Assembly: GCF_001194135.2 (NCBI RefSeq)
Contig: NC_069009.1
Coordinates: forward strand, 3,539,200 to 3,603,199
DNA: 64,000 nucleotides
Origin: Octopus bimaculoides
Taxonomy: Eukaryota
Direction: 5' to 3'
Positions 1 to 11,955 of the stretch are shown piece after piece (within the stretch, counting starts at the first letter, position 1; each line of letters starts with the position of its first letter). The position numbers and the translations under genes were made by a program. The notes beneath the pieces were generated by a model. That model ran no database searches. It was not told the origin of the DNA and saw nothing but the letters and a program-made list of their open reading frames with translations.

Positions 1-214
1 ATCTGGCCATAGAAACCATACCAAATCAGGCCAGAGAAAGAATGTCGCATAGCCCTATGGCTTGCCAGCATTTTTTTTTTTATCATTTGATTATAGTGAT
101 AAATGTTTAACACGTGGTACCACCTCTAGTGACAGGCCGAAGTGAGATGACCAGTAGTCACAAGACACTGCAGGTTTTACGTGAGAGTGTCTCTTTCCTA
201 GAAGAACAGAGAAC

Positions 215-248
215 AGAGACAGAGAGACAGACAGATAGATAGAGATAG

Positions 249-282
<34 letters not shown>

Positions 283-480
283 AGGTAGGTAGATAGATAG
301 ATAGATACATAGATATAGAAAGATAGATAGATAGATAGATAGAGATAGATAGATAGATAAATGGATGGATGGATAGATAGATTGATGCACAGATAGATAG
401 ATAGATAGAAAGATAGATAGAAAGATAGATAGAAAGATGGATAGATAGATAAATAGATAGATTGATGCACAGATAGATAG

Positions 481-522
<42 letters not shown>

Positions 523-561
523 GTAGGTAGGTAGATAGATAGATAGATTAAGAGGCAGACT

Positions 562-594
<33 letters not shown>

Positions 595-670
595 ATAGAG
601 AGAGAGGTAGGTAGATAGATAGATAGATATAGAAAGATAGATAGATAGATAGAGATAGATAGATAGATAC
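215..670. repeat. (AGAT)n compound microsatellite
   Basis: Long run of agat units with interspersed gattgatgcacagatag variants. Confidence 0.95.
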
Positions 671-754
671 ATTTCTTTTATTAGCCACACAGGGCTCAAC
701 GAAGATGGGACAAATACAATGTAGAGCTTTTCTTTTTGGGAGGGGGAAGGAAGG

Positions 755-786
<32 letters not shown>

Positions 787-1143
787 GTGGTGTCGATCAA
801 AAGGGATCGTAGGAAGGGAAAAAGGGGCAGTTCGATCAAAAGGGATCGAAAAAAAAAAGAAAAGGAAAGGCCGATCAATAGGGATCGTGTATCACACAGT
901 AATGTTCTCATGTAAAAAGAGGGGAGGACAGTTTAGGTTTAGCCGTGGAAGGAAAAGCCTACGGAAAAGACCACGGTAACCTTGGTCAATATTCTCATTG
1001 AAGAAACTATAACAGTAAGTGTCTCTCTTTTGCCTTTTTGTTTTATTTTTTTTTTCTTGTTCATAGGGTTATGCTCAAGATGGCTCCGTTGTTCACACGT
1101 GCCATCCTTGCTACATTCACCCATCTTTTTTTGAAGCATTCAT
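671..1143 (-). mobile_element. 5'-truncated non-LTR retrotransposon 3' end (L1/Tx1-like by inference): ORF2 C-terminal remnant plus 3' UTR
   Basis: Minus-strand frame ECFKKRWVNVARMARVNNGAILSITL* ends at 1061, followed by a T-rich UTR ending ...agccctgtgtggctaataaaagaaat. Flanked by AGAT arrays on both sides. Clade assignment is by resemblance only. Confidence 0.55.
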
Positions 1144-1173
1144 GGATAGATAGATTGATGCACAGATAGATAG

Positions 1174-1239
<66 letters not shown>

Positions 1240-1290
1240 GTAGGTAGGTAGGTAGGTGGATAAGTAGATAGACAAATATAGATAAATATC
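1144..1290. repeat. (AGAT)n microsatellite, continuation of the 215-670 array
   Basis: Same agat units and the same gattgatgcacagatag variant. Confidence 0.9.
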
Positions 1291-1547
1291 TATATGTACG
1301 CATTTACACACAGCTGCTTTCAAAATATTTTGAAGTACACTTAAAAATGAAAACTGTTTCTGCACAACTCTCATAATAGGAATTTTCCTATGGATGTCAG
1401 GAATACCATAAATATTTTTAAAATATTAAATGTGGAACAAAATAGCCATTTGTATTAACATACCTACATCAACAGATTGTATGATTTTCTTAAAACATTT
1501 GCGTGTCATAATTATAGCTGACTAAACAGAAGGTGAGCATGTTGTAT

Positions 1548-1745
1548 GATTTTGGAAACAAAAGTAGGTTAAATTTAGAGTATTTAAACAACTGCCAGTC
1601 AAAGTTTTCGCAAATTTATGCTTACAAAGACAACTATTCTGATACTAATGGAATAATAATTATTGTCAGACAATATGGGTGCATGTGTTTATGTGTGTGT
1701 GTGTGTGTGTATGTTTACATATAACTGATGAAAATTTTGGAAAAA
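1548..1745 (+). repeat. Copy 1 of a diverged ~190-bp duplication (copy 2 at 6991-7175)
   Basis: gattttggaaacaaaagtagg...tgccagtcaaagttt...aaagacaactatt...gatactaatggaat is present at both sites. Confidence 0.85.
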
Positions 1746-1923
1746 AGCTTATAGTATACTATACAAAGCTCTTCCACAGGTGTTGGCTACCAAATGTCAA
1801 CATAGAGTGAGGATACTCTTGTCACTGGATATACGTCTGGAATTCCATAATATTCATAGAATTTCTCTTAATCATGTCTTTACACTTAAAATACACACAC
1901 ATACATAAACATATATGTATATG

Positions 1924-1964
<41 letters not shown>

Positions 1965-2665
1965 NNNNNNNNNNNNNNNNNNNNNNNNNNNNNNNNNNNN
2001 NNNNNNNNNNNNNNNNNNNNNNNNNNNNNNNNNNNNNNNNNNNNNNNNNNNNNNNNNNNNNNNNNNNNNNNNNNNNNNNNNNNNNNNNNNNNNNNNNNNN
2101 NNNNNNNNNNNNNNNNNNNNNNNNNNNNNNNNNNNNNNNNNNNNNNNNNNNNNNNNNNNNNNNNNNNNNNNNNNNNNNNNNNNNNNNNNNNNNNNNNNNN
2201 NNNNNNNNNNNNNNNNNNNNNNNNNNNNNNNNNNNNNNNNNNNNNNNNNNNNNNNNNNNNNNNNNNNNNNNNNNNNNNNNNNNNNNNNNNNNNNNNNNNN
2301 NNNNNNNNNNNNNNNNNNNNNNNNNNNNNNNNNNNNNNNNNNNNNNNNNNNNNNNNNNNNNNNNNNNNNNNNNNNNNNNNNNNNNNNNNNNNNNNNNNNN
2401 NNNNNNNNNNNNNNNNNNNNNNNNNNNNNNNNNNNNNNNNNNNNNNNNNNNNNNNNNNNNNNNNNNNNNNNNNNNNNNNNNNNNNNNNNNNNNNNNNNNN
2501 NNNNNNNNNNNNNNNNNNNNNNNNNNNNNNNNNNNNNNNNNNNNNNNNNNNNNNNNNNNNNNNNNNNNNNNNNNNNNNNNNNNNNNNNNNNNNNNNNNNN
2601 NNNNNNNNNNNNNNNNNNNNNNNNNNNNNNNNNNNNNNNNNNNNNNNNNNNNNNNNNNNNNNNNN

Positions 2666-2815
2666 GGTGGCATGTGAAAAGACATTCAAGCGAGATTGTT
2701 GCCAGTGCTGCTGGACTGGATCCTGTGCAGGTGACACATAAAAAAAACACCATTTGAGTGTGACCGTTGCCAGTACCGCCTGACTGGCCCTCGTGCCGGT
2801 GGCACATAAAATTCA
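2666..2815 (+). mobile_element. RTE LINE 3' UTR fragment
   Basis: Matches the 54535-54660 segment (gagattgttgccagtg...aacaccatttgag...ttgccagtacc). Confidence 0.75.
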
Positions 2816-3450
2816 TTCCCCACTCTCTCACATATCCTGGCCTTCTTTTCATGTTCACTTTCCCTCCTCTTTCACTTCACTGTGCCTCTTTCATTTTTTT
2901 CTCCCCCACTCCTTAAATCTTCTATCCCTCTGCCTCTACCTCTCTCTCTTCTCTCCCCACATGACCGGTGTTCGGCCAGGCCTGACCTTTCTTATTTGGT
3001 TTGACTACAATCCATGCAACATCTATATTCTTCCCTGTGTCTGTCAAATCTTATGTCCCCTACCATAAGGCTTTACTTCCACACACGCCAGCTTAATTTA
3101 ATTTGTCCTTAGTCGAAAGACACCTGTCGTTATGTCCTGTTAATTGCATTTGTATTTGTGTAACATTTCTCCATTTTTTTACGTCCTTGTTTTCATATAC
3201 ATTCACTGCTTTCTTCCAAAGAATCTAATGCTCTTAGCTTATTTTTCCTTGGGGCTGGCCAGATTGGAGCAATCTTAAGTATAACTAGCCCAAATTGCAA
3301 AGATAATCTGGAACTCGATTGAGGATAGAAAACTCCGAATGATCTGTCCTTGTTTTCCTTGTCTCATCCATCTGGATATTTTGTTATCTTTTTTTGTGTC
3401 ACCTAACTGTCTGGATGTTTTGCGTTCTTGTCCCATTTTTGTATTTTTTA

Positions 3451-3482
<32 letters not shown>

Positions 3483-4315
3483 NNNNNNNNNNNNNNNNNN
3501 NNNNNNNNNNNNNNNNNNNNNNNNNNNNNNNNNNNNNNNNNNNNNNNNNNNNNNNNNNNNNNNNNNNNNNNNNNNNNNNNNNNNNNNNNNNNNNNNNNNN
3601 NNNNNNNNNNNNNNNNNNNNNNNNNNNNNNNNNNNNNNNNNNNNNNNNNNNNNNNNNNNNNNNNNNNNNNNNNNNNNNNNNNNNNNNNNNNNNNNNNNNN
3701 NNNNNNNNNNNNNNNNNNNNNNNNNNNNNNNNNNNNNNNNNNNNNNNNNNNNNNNNNNNNNNNNNNNNNNNNNNNNNNNNNNNNNNNNNNNNNNNNNNNN
3801 NNNNNNNNNNNNNNNNNNNNNNNNNNNNNNNNNNNNNNNNNNNNNNNNNNNNNNNNNNNNNNNNNNNNNNNNNNNNNNNNNNNNNNNNNNNNNNNNNNNN
3901 NNNNNNNNNNNNNNNNNNNNNNNNNNNNNNNNNNNNNNNNNNNNNTCTCATTTCTTCATTTCCTTCCCCTACCACTATTGTCACTTCACCTCTTCCCGCT
4001 CCTCCTTTGATATCTTATACAAGGCAGCTGTGTGGTAATATAAGGTGTTGAGTGGTAGGAGTAAGACTGTTTGTGTGAGAAGAGGAGTGGGAGGCAGAGG
4101 TGGAGATGAAAGGAGCTTGGTGTGTGTGTGTATGTGTGTGTGTTGAAGAGTGTGTGTGAGTGTGTGTGGTGGGTTGTGACTGCACTTATGAAAGTGGTGT
4201 TGGTTACCTTGTATCATATACACACACACTCACATACATGCACTCACACACGCATTCATAGACATATTTGTATGTGTGTTATGTATATATATATATGTAT
4301 ATATATTATTTTCCT

Positions 4316-4702
4316 TGATTCAGTCATTTGACTGTAGCCATGATGGAGCACCACCTTAAGGGGTTTTAGTCGAAAAAATTGAACCCAAGACTTATTCTTG
4401 GTAAGCCTAGCACTTATTCTATTAGTCTCTTTTGCCAAACGGCAACGATATGGGGACATAAACACACCAACATCGGTTGTCAAACGATGGTGAGGGTAGA
4501 CAAACACAGACACAAACACAAACATACACACATGCACACACACACATGACAAGCTTCTTTCCATTTCCGTCTGCCACATCCAATCACAATAGTTTGGCCC
4601 GCCTGAGACTATAGTAGAAGACACTTGCTCCAGCTGCGATGCAGTGGGACTGAACCCGGAACCATGTCGTTGGAAAGCAAGCTTCTTACCATACAGCCAT
4701 GC
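4316..4702 (-). mobile_element. SINE family A, diverged copy
   Basis: Reverse complement of the 46192-46597 reference, with head, internal CA tract and 3' body. Confidence 0.8.
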
Positions 4703-4824
4703 TACATAAATATATACACACTCATACACATAAATTTTATTTATAAATACACACACACATACACTTACATATATATGTGTGTGTATGTGTGCGTATATAT
4801 ATAAAGATATATATACATATATAC

Positions 4825-4858
<34 letters not shown>

Positions 4859-4861
4859 GTA

Positions 4862-5340
4862 GGCGCAGGAGTGGCTGTGTGGTAAGTAGCTTGCTTACCA
4901 ATCACATGGTTCCGGGTTCAGTCCCACTGCATGGCACCTTGGACAAGTGTCTTCTACTATAGCCTCGGGCCAACCAAAGCCTTGTGAGTGGATTTGGTAG
5001 ACGGAAACTGAAAAAAGCCCGTCGTATATACATATNNNNNNNNNNNNNNNNNNNNNNNNNNNNNNNNNNNNNNNNNNNNTATATATATATATATATGTAT
5101 ATGTATGTGTGTGTATATGTTTGTGTGTCTGTGTTTGTCTCCCCAACATCGCTTGACAACCGATGCTGGTGTGTTTACGTCCCCGTAACATTAGCGGTTC
5201 GGCAAAAGAGACCGATAAAATAAGTACTAGGCTTACAAAGAATAAGTCCTGGGGTCGATTTGCTCGACTAAAGGCGGTGCTCCAGCATGGCCACAGTCAA
5301 ATGACTGAAACAAGTAAAAGAGTAAAAAAGAGTAAAGAGT
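4862..5340 (+). mobile_element. SINE family A, full length (gap in internal microsatellite)
   Basis: Head ggcgcaggagtggctgtgtggtaag...gggttcagtccc (A/B boxes), internal TA/TG tract, tail ...gactgaaacaagtaaaagagtaaa. Confidence 0.9.
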
Positions 5341-5857
5341 ATACATGTGCAGGTGCGTGTGTTTATTCAGTTCGTTATTTTAACACGGTACACAAACATT
5401 TTCATCAACTTTATACATCCATGTTAAGTAGGCTATAAAGACTGGCATTTAGACACTGACACACACAAGGGTCTATACATGAAACACTTAAACATATTTT
5501 ATGGCAGCTGTAGGTATTTAATATATGTGAATGAAATTGGCAAATCTGAATTGCCCATTCAACTCAAGGTTTGGCTATATCTGCATGCCATCCTGCCTCA
5601 GTGGGGTGGTGTTCTTCCTGCTACTAAATTATATCAGTATTTATTCGTGACAGAGGCAGTGTTAATACTGAGAGGTAATATTTATTCCCACTTAAACGTG
5701 GGTGTTCTGTTAGAACAAGCTATACTGCGGTAGTTACCACGAGAGAACCTCTCATAATGGTTTTTTTGGTGCAAAATATATTCTTGTTTATATTCCAAGC
5801 AGGGAGATAAATCCCTGCTACCTCCAGCATTGTGATTATCAGATAATATGGTTCTAC

Positions 5858-5921
5858 CTTATTTGGTCTTATCAATGATGGACACTGAACTGCTAAAGGC
5901 AGCAGCAATTCATCTTCCCAC
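5858..5921 (-). CDS. Candidate 64-nt coding exon, product unknown (WEDELLLPLAVQCPSLIRPNK)
   Basis: Unique sequence with pyrimidine-rich acceptor cctgtcgttctatacattgcag|G, donor AAG|gtagaa and a stop-free frame. No homology recognised. Confidence 0.3.
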
Positions 5922-6012
5922 CTGCAATGTATAGAACGACAGGACTGAACAGGCACTGGCGTCGCAATTGGCCAGTGAACTTGTTAAAAAATATTTATTA
6001 GCTACAGAAGAA

Positions 6013-6488
<476 letters not shown>

Positions 6489-6494
6489 TATATA

Positions 6495-6860
6495 AGGGGA
6501 CACCGAAATCTTTTAAGTGCTTAGGGCCTCTATGAGCCTTAAACTGGCTCTGACCTTACATAATATACTTCTAGGTACAGTATGAGTAAATGGTTTACAG
6601 CACAAAAGAAATCACTTTAAACTTGTTAAAATAATATTCAGAGTGGTTTATACGATCAGAAATATAATTTTGAATGTTCATTGTGTTATAATGAAGATCT
6701 GATCAAAGACTTTGCAATTAAAAAATGTTTTGCTTCATTTTGAAAAATAAAAGTTTATTTTATAGTTTATTATTGCTTATACTTTGACCTACATATATAT
6801 AAGGGCACCAAAATCTTTTAAGTTCTAAGGACCTCTTTGGGTCTTAACTTGATCCTGAAT
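6495..6860 (+). repeat. AT-rich dispersed repeat with tandem partial duplication (related copy at 31460-31930)
   Basis: gggcacc...taagtgcttagggcctctatg...ttaaactggc recurs at ~6496, ~6803 and ~31766. The internal aaatcacttt...atgatcagaaatat block is shared. Confidence 0.7.
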
Positions 6861-6990
6861 CTACCAATATTTCTCTTCAGTAGCCTCTCAAAGAGAGAAA
6901 TTGTAAGATTTATTGGAAACATTTCCAAATTATAATTACAGCTATGTACAGTACATGTAGGAGGTAGATATGTAGTATGAAATGAAATCA

Positions 6991-7175
6991 GATTTTGGAA
7001 ACAAAAGTAGGTCAAATTCGGAGAATTTAAACAAATGCCAGTCAAAGTTTACTGCAAATTGTGCTAACAAAGACAACTATTTTGATACTAATGGAATGAT
7101 AATCATAATAAAACAATGTGTATGTGTGTGTGTGTGTATGTGTAACAAAACAGGATGTTGGAAAATTTTTGGGGA
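6991..7175 (+). repeat. Copy 2 of the diverged duplication (see 1548-1745)
   Basis: Colinear match to 1548-1745. Confidence 0.85.
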
Positions 7176-7675
7176 ATTATTTCTACACCATTACACATGT
7201 TTCATTTACTAATAGGAATTACAAAGTTTTACATGTTAGATAGACAGGAAAGGAATTACCTATTAGAATTTCATCAGACAGAGAAATCAAATAATACGAA
7301 ATTTAGATTTTGGTAAAGTGTTTATGTATAGTTTGTAATCAATGATTGGGGTAAAGAAAAAAACGTTTCTTCAACATGTACTACTTTGTGATTCATATTA
7401 GCAAACGAAACATGTGTAATGGTGAATAAATAATAACCTCACAAAATTTTCCAACTTTGTGTTTTGTTATATTCTTTTATTCTTTTACTTGTTTCAGTCA
7501 TTTGACTGCAGCCATGCTGGAGCACCGCCTTTAGTCGAGCAAATCGACCCCCAGGACTTACTCTTTGTAAGCCTACTATTTATTCTATCAGTCTCTTTTT
7601 GCTGAAACGTTAAGTGACGGGGATGTAGACACACCAACATTAGTTGTCAAGTGATGGTGGGGAGACAAACACAGG

Positions 7676-7915
7676 TTGCAATCTGATCTGGCAGCGTTTC
7701 TACAGCTGGATGCCCTTCCTAACGCCAACCACTCCAAGAGTGTAGTGGGTGCTTTTACATGCCACCAGCACGAGGGCCAGTCGGGCAGGTACTGGCAATG
7801 GCCACATTCAGATGGTGTTTTTATGTGTCACCTGCACAGGAGCCAGTCCAGCGGCACTGGCAATGCCCTCGCTCGAATGTTGTTTTCAACGTACCACCGG
7901 CACAAGTGCCAGGAA
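7676..7915 (-). mobile_element. RTE LINE 3' UTR fragment joined to a SINE A 3' fragment (7480-7673)
   Basis: ctacagctggatgcccttcctaacgccaaccact... matches the other RTE tails. Confidence 0.8.
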
Positions 7916-7954
7916 GTATATATTTATATATATATATATATATATATATACATA

Positions 7955-8069
7955 CAGGGTGTCCACAAAGTCTGGGTACATGGGGATTAACACATACTTT
8001 AAGAAATTATTATTTCTTATATTTAATTGTTTATGATATGATTTCATTTACTCCATGTACCCAGACCTT
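7955..8069. mobile_element. Small Tc1/mariner-type MITE (right end lost in gap)
   Basis: TA|cagggtgtccacaaagtctgggtacatgg at left and inverted ccatgtacccagacctt at 8053-8069. Inserted in (TA)n. Confidence 0.75.
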
Positions 8070-8390
8070 NNNNNNNNNNNNNNNNNNNNNNNNNNNNNNN
8101 NNNNNNNNNNNNNNNNNNNNNNNNNNNNNNNNNNNNNNNNNNNNNNNNNNNNNNNNNNNNNNNNNNNNNNNNNNNNNNNNNNNNNNNNNNNNNNNNNNNN
8201 NNNNNNNNNNNNNNNNNNNNNNNNNNNNNNNNNNNNNNNNNNNNNNNNNNNNNNNNNNNNNNNNNNNNNNNNNNNNNNNNNNNNNNNNNNNNNNNNNNNN
8301 NNNNNNNNNNNNNNNNNNNNNNNNNNNNNNNNNNNNNNNNATATATATGTATATATATATATATATATACATATATATATAATATATACA

Positions 8391-8727
8391 ATTGCAGCGT
8401 GGAAGGTGTTTATAAGCCATTTACAAACACAAAAACTGTTAGATTCACTTCAACATTTAAATATAATTTGTCAAAATATTTTCGTCGCTTTGAGACCGCA
8501 ACCTGTTCACTGACAAAGTGCAGGAGATGCAGCACGGAATTTTATCAGTGAACAGGCCGCAGTCTCAAACCGACGAAAATATTTTGGCAAATGACATTTA
8601 AATGTTGAAGTGAACCTAACAGTTTTTGAGTATTTTTAAATGGCTTATAAACACCTTCCATGCTGCAATAGTTTTTGTTTCAGCACTCGATCTCAGATCA
8701 GGTCGCTTCCTATGCAAGTACATCTCC
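8391..8727. mobile_element. Palindromic (fold-back) element with an HHR-like fold in each arm; right arm extends to ~8727
   Basis: ~125-bp inverted arms 8391-8517 and 8541-8669 around a ~23-nt spacer, with (TA)n flanks. Confidence 0.8.
8467..8517 (-). ncRNA. Minimal type I hammerhead fold, G3-C8 variant core
   Basis: TTTGTCA-GTGAACA-G-GTTGC-GGTCTCAAA-GCGAC-GAAA-ATATTT-TGACAAA: 7-bp stem I, 5-bp stem II, palindromic AATATT stem III, UUU triplet. Confidence 0.6.
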
Positions 8728-9298
8728 ATAATATATATATATCCTATATATATAAACTGAAAAATGGTGCTCTCTAAAATATCTTTTAAGCAGTTAATAT
8801 TTTATGCTGTCATTGGTTTCGACTTGGTTAATAAACTACCATTGGTTTCATATTTATTATTGTTTTTTATCTGTATAGGTGAGTCATCAGACCTGCTGAC
8901 CGGAGGCACATAAGCTCTTCACTAACAGAAGTAAGAATACAGTTTTGGTCAGTAAGGTTATAAATAAAATCCTGATAGAAAGTTCTTTGAAACAGAAGCC
9001 CGACTGGTAGAGATAGAGTTATCTCCCATTGAACAGTCTAGTTGTATCTGACCCTTTTCAAAACAGGTGAGCTAGAGGGCTGTGCCGGGTTCTGTCTCTG
9101 CTTTGGCATGGTTTTTATAGCTGGATGCCCTTACTAACACCAACCACACACTCACACATACCCCCCCCCCATATTCTTTTATTCCTTTTCTTGTTTCAGT
9201 CATTTTACTGCAGCCATGCTGGGGCACTACCTTAACCCTGGTACTTATTTCTTAAGCCTAGCACTTTTTTCTATCAGCATGTTTTGATAATCCCCTCT

Positions 9299-9680
9299 TT
9301 CAACAGCAAGGGCATTATCTATAATTCCCGGACTCCCTCTGGCCAGATGGTCAACAAAGTGTACCTTGTGAAGGTTTCGAGTGAGTTCAGATAGAGATTT
9401 TATCATAGAAGGCCAAAGCTACTGGACCAGGACAATGCACTCGTCCACAATTTCACCATAGTAACCAACTATGACAGAGATGGGCTTCACTCTCCGTACA
9501 GTCCAGACCTTGTCCCCTGTGCCTTTTGGTTATTTGCCAAGCTGAAGGAGTCTGTAATCCTTGTCTTTGGAGGGCTTCCATGAGGCCTTCACAAAATGGT
9601 TGGAGCACTATGAGTGTTTTGAAGTCAGAGAATCTTAAAAGTGATTAGAGTTTTGTACTTTTTGAAATTAATAAATGTGT
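9299..9680 (+). pseudogene. Decayed mariner (Tc1/mariner) transposase C-terminal fragment
   Basis: Frame from 9299 reads FNSKGIIY..PSGQMVNKVY..R*RFYHRRPKLLDQDNALVH..HSPYSPDLVPCAFWLFAKLKE, the D-N-A-x-x-H and YSPDLAP-type mariner motifs, with one in-frame stop and deletions. Confidence 0.85.
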
Positions 9681-10050
9681 AAGAGGTAAATTTGGTTGGC
9701 ACTGGAAGGGTGCCACATAATTCCTTACATAAATGTTGGAGGAAAAATATCGGAACAAGAAAACATCCGAACATAAAAACAACAATCCTTTTATTTTGTA
9801 TGTACAAAATATTTACACCTTGGAACAATCAGTAGCCAGGTCTGGTGTGGAAACAGCCAAGTCGGAATTAATCATATTTTTTGTGAAGGCTTTCTTCACA
9901 GAACTCCTGCTACAATGGAGCTGGTCAAATACCGAGCGTCCAGGTCAGCAGCAGAGGCAAACAGGGAGCTGCTAAGGACACATGTACATAGTTCAGCGGT
10001 TGTGTCTCGAGTCCGAGATACATGAGAATTTTGCTGCTGCTAGTTTTCTG

Positions 10051-10136
10051 TGCATGCGCATGAGGGAACTTCCGGCAGGCCTTCCAGAAGATTCCAACCC
10101 TGCGCATGCATGCTGAAGACCCTCAAGATGACGTCA
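10051..10136. promoter_or_regulatory. Candidate housekeeping-type promoter/enhancer motif cluster
   Basis: TGCATGCGCA (10051) and TGCGCATGCA (10101) are NRF1-like. ACTTCCGG (10068) is an ETS site and TGACGTCA (10129) a CRE. Unique, CpG-retaining sequence. Confidence 0.5.
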
Positions 10137-10444
10137 CTACAAATGTCTTTCCTGCAAAAGTCTTAGAATATCCTCCAGAATGCATTTTGTTGCTACTTAT
10201 TGGTTAAATTTTTCATGATATCATCACTCAATCTGAGAGATTTTATTTCTGTCAAAGAAGACCTTCTCTTGGAAAAACAAAGATTCCAGGTTCAAGCTGA
10301 GGGGAAGAAATGCCACACTTCTTCAGCAGAGTCATGTTTTAAAGTATACTTATAAATGGGTTGGATATTTATCCAGCATAATATTATAATGGTTATATTA
10401 AATTGTGTAAGTAAAGTATTTACACACACACACACACACATACA

Positions 10445-10640
10445 CACATCATCATCTTCATCATTTAATATCCATTGTCCTTGCTGGCATGGGTTGGACA
10501 GTTTGACCAGGGCTGGCCAGCTGGAGAGCCGCACCAGGTTCCAGTCTGATGTGGCAGGGTTTCTACACCTGGATGCCCTTCCTAACGGCAACCACTTTAC
10601 TGAGTGTGCTCGGTGCTTTTATGTGGCACCAAATGAGCAC
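10445..10640 (-). mobile_element. Older RTE LINE 3' tail
   Basis: catcatttaatatccattgtccttgctggcatgggttggac...ggatgcccttcctaacgg. Confidence 0.7.
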
Positions 10641-10694
10641 TCCCTCGTTGTGCCACATGGGTGCATTTACATAGCATTACATGGGTGCTTTTAC

Positions 10695-11110
10695 ATATAT
10701 ACACACACACACACATTTTCACACACCACACATATATACGTTTTCACACACTTACACACACACACACATTTTCACACAGACACATATGTACACACATTTT
10801 CACATACACACACATACACACATTTTTACACACACAAACATACACACACAATATACATATATTTTCACACAGTCACACACACACACATACATACATTATC
10901 TCACATGCACACACACATTTTCACACACACACACAAACACACGCACACACACATACACATACACATACATACATTATCTCACATACACACACATACACAC
11001 ATTTTTACACATACAAACACACACACACACACACAATATACATATATTTTCACACAGCCACACACACATACACATACATACGTTATCTCTCTCTCTCACA
11101 CACACTCACA
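10695..11110. repeat. CA-rich degenerate minisatellite
   Basis: Repeating acacacacatttt and cacaatatacatatattttcac units. Confidence 0.9.
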
Positions 11111-11310
11111 CCTATCCAAAACAGTCAAACATTGTTAAAAAAAAGTGGGTTTGTATCCCCACCGCCCCGCCCATGACACTGCCCTCAATCTCTTTCCATT
11201 GTTATTCACAGACAATTCTTGGTAAACACTTGAACTCAGTTGATATTTTAGTATTTCCATTTCATCGCATTCATGTTTCTCCATTCTTAGAATATATATT
11301 TCATCATTGC

Positions 11311-11312
11311 CC

Positions 11313-11365
<53 letters not shown>

Positions 11366-11470
11366 GCCATCATCACAATCACCATCATTGTCACCATTAT
11401 CGTCATCGTCATCATCATCATCATAGACTTCATCACACCATCATCATCATCTTCATCATCATTATCATTG
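11311..11470. repeat. (CAT)n microsatellite
   Basis: Pure then degenerate cat run; source of the poly-His/poly-Met ORFs. Confidence 0.95.
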
Positions 11471-11511
11471 TTGTAGTAGGAGTAGACAACCACCATATAC
11501 ACATACACATA

Positions 11512-11733
11512 TGGCAGAAACGTTAGCACACCGGGCGAAATGCTTAGCGGTATTTCGTCTGCCCGCTACGTTCTGAGTTCAAATTCCGCCGAGGTCGACT
11601 TTGCCTTTCATCCTTTCGGGGTCGATTAAATAAGTACCGGTTACGCACTGGGGTCGGTATAATCGACTTAATCCGTTTGTCTGTCCTTGTTTGTCCCCTC
11701 TGTGTGTAGCCCCTTGTGGGTAGTAAAGAAATA
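11512..11733 (+). mobile_element. SINE family B, near full length
   Basis: tRNA-like head (tggcagaaacgttag...gagttcaaattcc), central gaggtcgactttgcctttcatcctttcggggtcgat domain, tail ...agccccttgtgggtagtaaagaaata. Partial copies at ~16040-16250, 30055-30440, 32320-32520, 34040-34240 and 55925-56260. Confidence 0.85.
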
Positions 11734-11912
11734 ACACATATATAAATATATATACATTCTTTATAGGCTTGATACTTATTCTATCGGTTACTTTTGCTGA
11801 ACTGCTAAGTTACGAGGACATAAACTCACCAACATTGGTTGTCAAGTGGTGGTGGCGGGACAAACACAGACACAAAGACACACACACATAAATATATATA
11901 CATATATATGTG

Positions 11913-11955
<43 letters not shown>

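Noticed and set aside
3312-3350. TTGAGGA-TAG-AAAA-CTC-CGAA-TGATCT-GTC, a hammerhead-like shadow
   Set aside because: Too many core and stem mismatches to call without a family consensus.
7380-7430. CGAAACATGT palindrome followed by AATAAA
   Set aside because: No recognisable CUGANGA core or stem I upstream.
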